From Actinomycetota bacterium (GTDB lineage Bacteria; Actinomycetota; UBA4738; HRBIN12): a stretch of DNA of 50,841 bases. Below, one piece after another: positions 46,413 to 50,841 of this stretch. Positions within the stretch are counted from its first letter, which is position 1. Every line of letters starts with the position of its first letter. Under the pieces are notes generated by a model. It was given only the letters and a program-made list of their open reading frames with translations, did not search any database and was not told the origin of the DNA. The stretch lies in NCBI GenBank assembly GCA_044869895.1, contig JBIOXZ010000201.1, forward strand, positions 1 to 50,841, read 5' to 3'. Made by a program: the position numbers and the translations under genes.

Positions 46413-48611
46413 TCACGACGGAGCGCTCGAAGGTGTCGAAGAAGCGGTCGGCGAGGGGGACGGCGACGGGGATGAGGATGGAGTGGGCGAGGGTGATGGG
46501 GAAAGTGACGTCGACGGCGATGGAGTCGTGCTCGGGGTCGGGGTGGCAGTCGGGGTCGGCGTCGGTGAGGCGATACCAAGGAGAGTGCCGATCGGGCCAG
46601 CCGCCGCGGCCGGTCGCTGCGGGATCTCGAAGGGACTCTGCGTTTCCGCCACCGGCTGAGAGCCGCCGTACACGAGCAGGGCACCGAGGAGCAGCGCGAC
46701 CGCGGAGCCGACCGCGGCCCCCGCCACGAACGGCGCCGCGGCCGTCAGGCGCTCCCGCACCCACTCGGATCTGCGCCTCCGCTCGAGCTGCGCCGACAAT
46801 TCCGTGTGCTGGTTGAGCCAGGACATGAAGGGCGCGGTCGCGTAGACCGATCCCTGCCAGACGAACAGGGCCAGCACGAACCAAGTGGCCCGGCCGTTGA
46901 TGAATGCCAGAGCCCCCGCCGTCCACAGCGCCAGGGCCAGGACGACCTCGGTCCGAGCGCTCCACAGCGCGGTGATGACGTTCCTTCGCTCGCCGGTTTT
47001 CGGGGTCCTCAGGAACACGCCCTTGGAGCGGACGAGACCTTGGATACAAGCGAGCGCGACGGTCCAAGAAAGGGAGAGCCAGTTGGCGAACGCGAGAATG
47101 GCTCGGCGGAATCCGATCCGGGCTCGGGCCCGGAGCGCCCACAGGGCCCGGAGCAAGCCCGACGCGATCAGAGCGCTGGGCAGAAGAACGGCGACGCCGA
47201 GGAGCGGGCGGAGGGCGAACCATCCCTTCGTCAAGAGCACGGTCGCGGTGGCGAGAAGGACCACGGTGAACCCGAGGTACATGAGATCGTTCAGCCACTG
47301 CACCCCGCCGAGCAGGTAGTCGATCCGCTGACCGAACCGGAGATGGTTCTCCGGATCCCGGTTCCACGGCATGAGATCCCGCCAGTGCCGCCGGAGGATC
47401 TGCATACCACCGAAACACCATCGGAACCTCTGACTCTTCAGCGCGGAAAAGGTGAGCGGCATGATGCCCTTCCCGAAGGACCGGCCGACGTACAGGCCTG
47501 AGTAGCCGGCCTTGAGCATCCTCAACGAGGCCTCAGAGTCTTCGGTGATGCACCATTCGTCCCACCCACCGAGCTTCTCCAGCATCGAACGTCGGAGCAG
47601 ACCCATGGTCCCGGCGAAGATGATCGAGTTGCGCTCGTTGCGGGAGGGCATCGTTGTCAGAAAGAAGTAGTGATAGGCGTCGTAGCAAGCGGTGAGGTAC
47701 GCGTCGTGCTCGAATTCCCGATAATCCTGGGGCGTCTGCACGAAGGCCAGGCCGGGCTCGGCGAAGTATCCGACCAGGCTCCGCAGGTAGTCGGGATCCA
47801 CCAGATAGTCGGCGTCGATCACGCCCACGATCTCCGCATCCGGGTCGGTGTACTCGGTGAGCGCAAGATTCAACGCTCCGGACTTGAATCCGGACAGGGA
47901 ATCGACGTGCACGAACTTCACGCGAGCGCGGTCCCGACAGTATTCTTCCACGGGCTTCCAGACGTTCGGGTCCTTCGTGTTGTTATCGATCACCACCACT
48001 TCGAGGTTCGGATAGTCGATCGCCTCTACCGAGCCGATCGTTTCGATCAGCATGTCGGGCGGTTCGTTGTAGGCCGCGATCTGAAGAGAGACCTTGGGCC
48101 GGTACGTGGGGTCGGGCTCAATCACAGGCCGGTCCCAGCGTGTCCTGCACAGCACGTCGAGGCTCTCGAAGGCAAACGAGGCTGCAAGGAACAACGCGAC
48201 GAGCTCGAGAAGTAGCAACGCGGCAGAGGCCGCCATGCCGGGACCGGAGAGCCCGCTTGCGAACGTGATGTCGATCGCGAACGCCAGATAGGCCAGGGTC
48301 GAGGCCAGGAACGAGCCGTAGAAGACCTGTCCCAGGGGGTTCCAGCGACGCCGCAGCAACACGACCAGCAGGGTGGGGAGGAGGAGGAGGGCCTCGCCGG
48401 CCCACACGTAGGAGGTTTCGAGCCGCCAGATCGCCGCCGCGATCTCGCCGGAACCGATGGCGACGACGATCGCGAAGAAGGTTCCGAGCAGCCGAGAAGC
48501 GACTCGGAGGCGGTGGCCCGCGAGCAGGAGAAGCACCGTCGTAAGGACGAGCGCGACGAAGCACACCAGGAACAAGCTCAGCAGCACCAGCCAGGTGTTC
48601 CCGAAACGACT
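46413..48611 (-). CDS. Processive GT2 glycosyltransferase (cellulose synthase/NdvB-like) with Ser/Pro/Thr-rich tail; start uncertain
   Basis: AYNEP, DNN, FKSGALN, DAD, QTPQDY, TED, QRFRW; TM helices on both sides of the catalytic domain. Confidence 0.85.
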   Translation of the reverse strand, partial: SRFGNTWLVLLSLFLVCFVALVLTTVLLLLAGHRLRVASRLLGTFFAIVVAIGSGEIAAAIWRLETSYVWAGEALLLLPTLLVVLLRRRWNPLGQVFYGSFLASTLAYLAFAIDITFASGLSGPGMAASAALLLLELVALFLAASFAFESLDVLCRTRWDRPVIEPDPTYRPKVSLQIAAYNEPPDMLIETIGSVEAIDYPNLEVVVIDNNTKDPNVWKPVEEYCRDRARVKFVHVDSLSGFKSGALNLALTEYTDPDAEIVGVIDADYLVDPDYLRSLVGYFAEPGLAFVQTPQDYREFEHDAYLTACYDAYHYFFLTTMPSRNERNSIIFAGTMGLLRRSMLEKLGGWDEWCITEDSEASLRMLKAGYSGLYVGRSFGKGIMPLTFSALKSQRFRWCFGGMQILRRHWRDLMPWNRDPENHLRFGQRIDYLLGGVQWLNDLMYLGFTVVLLATATVLLTKGWFALRPLLGVAVLLPSALIASGLLRALWALRARARIGFRRAILAFANWLSLSWTVALACIQGLVRSKGVFLRTPKTGERRNVITALWSARTEVVLALALWTAGALAFINGRATWFVLALFVWQGSVYATAPFMSWLNQHTELSAQLERRRRSEWVRERLTAAAPFVAGAAVGSAVALLLGALLVYGGSQPVAETQSPFEIPQRPAAAAGPIGTLLGIASPTPTPTATPTPSTTPSPSTSLSPSPSPTPSSSPSPSPSPTASSTPSSAPS

Positions 48612-48738
48612 GTGGGGTAAACGGACTACGGTGGCCTGCGACGCCTCTGCGCTCGCGATGAGTTTTGCTCCCCTGGGGCGTCTTATGCTGCGGTGGGATT
48701 CACTCAAGCCGGGGAACCGATCGAAAGGACACGAGGCG

Positions 48739-49350
48739 ATGAGAGAGCTGGTCGTGAGCACCTTCTTGACCCTCGACGGTGTCATCCAGGCGCCGGGAGG
48801 ACCTGAGGAGGACCAAAGCGGCGGCTTCGCGTACGGTGGCTGGTCGGTGAACTATTGGGACGAGCAGATGGGTCAGGTCATGACCGAGGCGATGAGCGAG
48901 CCGTTCGACCTCGTCCTCGGACGCAGGACCTACGACATCTTCGCCGCGTACTGGCCGCACGCCCCGGAGGAAGCGGGCGCCAAGCCGTTGAACGAAGCCA
49001 CCAAGTACGTCGCGTCGCGGAGTCGTCCCACGCTGGAGTGGAGCCCTGCGGTGCTGATCGAGGGGGACGCGGCCGAAGGCATCGCGGCGCTCAAGAAAGA
49101 AGATGGGCCGGAGCTGCAGGTGCACGGCAGCGGGAACCTGATCCAGACCCTGATGCGCCACAACCTTGTCGACCAGTACCGACTGTGGGTCTTCCCCCTC
49201 GTCATCGGATCTGGCAAACGCCTGTTCTCGGATGGCACTATCCCGTCCGGGCTGAAGCTCGTCGACAGCAAGGTCTCCACCACGGGCGTCGTGATCGGTA
49301 CGTACGAGCCGGCAGGCGAAATCGTTACGGGATCGTTCGCGCTGGACTGA
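48739..49350 (+). CDS. Dihydrofolate reductase/RibD C-terminal family protein
   Basis: TLDGVIQAPGGPEED, LGRRTY, VHGSGNL, GSGKRLF. Confidence 0.88.
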   Translation: MRELVVSTFLTLDGVIQAPGGPEEDQSGGFAYGGWSVNYWDEQMGQVMTEAMSEPFDLVLGRRTYDIFAAYWPHAPEEAGAKPLNEATKYVASRSRPTLEWSPAVLIEGDAAEGIAALKKEDGPELQVHGSGNLIQTLMRHNLVDQYRLWVFPLVIGSGKRLFSDGTIPSGLKLVDSKVSTTGVVIGTYEPAGEIVTGSFALD

Positions 49351-49399
49351 CCGAGCGGGAAGGAGGATTCCAACTTCGTTCAGTCCACGGAGTGACTAG

Positions 49400-49780
49400 A
49401 TGGATACAGCGCGCAAAACCTTCGTCGGGCTTGCCTGGTTGTTTGTTCTCGCTGTTGCGATCCAGTTTCTCCTCGCCGGTCTCGGCATCCTGGGCGGGGA
49501 GAGCCTTGAGCCGCACCGGCAGTGGGGGTTCATCGTCCTCCACCTCATACCCATCCTGATGCTCATCGCCGCGATCATCGGCCGCATGGGGCGGACCGTC
49601 ATCGTCCTGACAGTGGTGCTCTTCCTGCTCGTGTTTCTGCAGCCGCTCCTCGTCGACCCCGAGCTTGACCCGCGTTGGCTCCGGTCGCTACACGTTCTCA
49701 ACGCTCTGTTCATCTTCGCGCTCGGCTACCACCTGGCACAGCGAGGGACAAAGACGGTCCGGGGCATAGCAGTCGCCTGA
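49400..49780 (+). CDS. Small membrane protein (DUF6220-like)
   Basis: Four hydrophobic helices; QFLLAGLG, H..WG, LQ, LHVLNA. Confidence 0.65.
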   Translation: MDTARKTFVGLAWLFVLAVAIQFLLAGLGILGGESLEPHRQWGFIVLHLIPILMLIAAIIGRMGRTVIVLTVVLFLLVFLQPLLVDPELDPRWLRSLHVLNALFIFALGYHLAQRGTKTVRGIAVA

Positions 49781-49857
49781 CACGATCTCCTTCAGACCCT
49801 CGACTTGAAACGACTCGACGGCCATTGCCCCATTGCCGCACGATAACGCCAACCTCG

Positions 49858-50841
49858 TCACTGTGGTTGCCTTCGACTCCGCAGGTATGCGACCGCGGCA
49901 AGCAGGGTCACGACAAGGACGGCGGCCGCGGCACCTGTGGCCGCGGCGACGGGAGACCCGTCATCGGCCGCTCGGTGCATGATGCTCACTGGAAGGATGA
50001 GAGCCACCGCGGCGAGGATCGGGCCTATCACCAACCACACGAGGAGGACTACCGCGCCCACGTCCCCCCCGAGCAGGAGCAGCTCGATCGGGAAGGGACC
50101 TCGCTGGCCCGCGATGGCTGCGGACGACACGAACGTCGCTGAGACGACCGGGCACAGAGCGAGGGTCGACCAGGCGGCAGTCGGTGAGAGCAGCCCGGCG
50201 ACGGATGCTGCGGTCACTGCGAGCACTCCGAGGGCGGTGAGCGACAGGACCGGCACGGCGCAATGGAGTAGCAACAGGTCGCCCCAGCGCCACGGAATCA
50301 CGTGGTGAGCGTCGGGCTGGTCGGCCTCTAGGCGAAGAGGTTCGACCAACCGGGTGGCGGCCGCGTACCCGCCGAGCACACCGGCGGCCACGACGGCCCG
50401 GCTGTCGGGCGCCGCCGCGACGGCCGACACGCCGGCGAAGGTCAAGAGCAGCGCCCACCCGATGCGAGAAGGAGCGCGCAAGATGCTCAGCGCATCCCGC
50501 CAGGGGACGGCAAGCCAACTCGACCTCGGCGGCCGCAGTCGGATCCTGCGCATGCCCAGCAGGCCCTCGCCAGCCCGACGGACCACTACTGCAGCGCCTC
50601 GGACGTCCGCGAAGTACAGGGCGGCGACCAGTCCAGAGTGGATCCCGGCCCGGCGGGCGAGCTCCTCGGTTGGTGCGCTGCCGGCGCTCCGCCAGGCCAT
50701 CGCGACGGTGACCAAGGCGGTCACTGCAAGGAGCGTGGCCTGGTATGGCCAGCCCGGCGCGGAGCCCTCGGCCGCCGCGATCACGGGTCCTGCCGCCCAT
50801 CCCCAGGGCCCAGACCAAAGCGCGACATCGCCGTCCACCAC
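49858..50841 (-). CDS. Polytopic membrane protein (DUF6297-like), 5' end beyond window
   Basis: SGPWGWA, WRDALSILRAPSR, LVEPLRLEADQP; multiple TM helices. Confidence 0.65.
   Translation of the reverse strand: MVDGDVALWSGPWGWAAGPVIAAAEGSAPGWPYQATLLAVTALVTVAMAWRSAGSAPTEELARRAGIHSGLVAALYFADVRGAAVVVRRAGEGLLGMRRIRLRPPRSSWLAVPWRDALSILRAPSRIGWALLLTFAGVSAVAAAPDSRAVVAAGVLGGYAAATRLVEPLRLEADQPDAHHVIPWRWGDLLLLHCAVPVLSLTALGVLAVTAASVAGLLSPTAAWSTLALCPVVSATFVSSAAIAGQRGPFPIELLLLGGDVGAVVLLVWLVIGPILAAVALILPVSIMHRAADDGSPVAAATGAAAAVLVVTLLAAVAYLRSRRQPQ

Noticed and set aside
46400-46684. Arg/Pro/His-rich N-terminus on the TreT-like protein
   Set aside because: Alternative-frame reading of the GT2 Ser/Pro tail
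174-50818. Numerous long overlapping or antisense ORFs (e.g. 5855-7999, 11379-13133, 31435-33258)
   Set aside because: Arg/Gly/Pro-rich shadows expected in high-GC DNA; no recognisable motifs

Overview
High-GC bacterial window, most likely from an actinobacterium (inferred from gene families and frequent leaderless TANNNT promoters). No rRNA, tRNA, CRISPR array or intact mobile element was recognised. In order, it contains: the 3' end of gltX and galT; a membrane histidine kinase fused in frame to a C-terminal ECF-sigma-like domain, followed by an anti-sigma-like protein with Pro-rich repeats; an ~11 kb gamma-glutamylation (amine/polyamine catabolism) cluster with three GS-like ligases; several small accessory genes and a TetR remnant; a metal block (csoR, two P1B ATPases, an atypical DtxR-family regulator, an Fe3+ ABC transporter); a circularly permuted Tat-lipoprotein of the alkaline-phosphatase superfamily; a cyclic-nucleotide locus (STAND cyclase, a small YHS protein missing from the ORF track, an HTH-cyclase, and an NTT-like transporter with HEAT and cNMP domains); a Ku-less ligase/primase-polymerase pair between two pseudogenes; and alkA, a TreT-like and a GT2 glycosyltransferase, plus membrane proteins. 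The strongest candidates for undescribed biology are the kinase-sigma fusion, the cyclase/YHS/cNMP-transporter locus and the permuted phosphatase. All family assignments come from motif recognition by eye; no searches were run.
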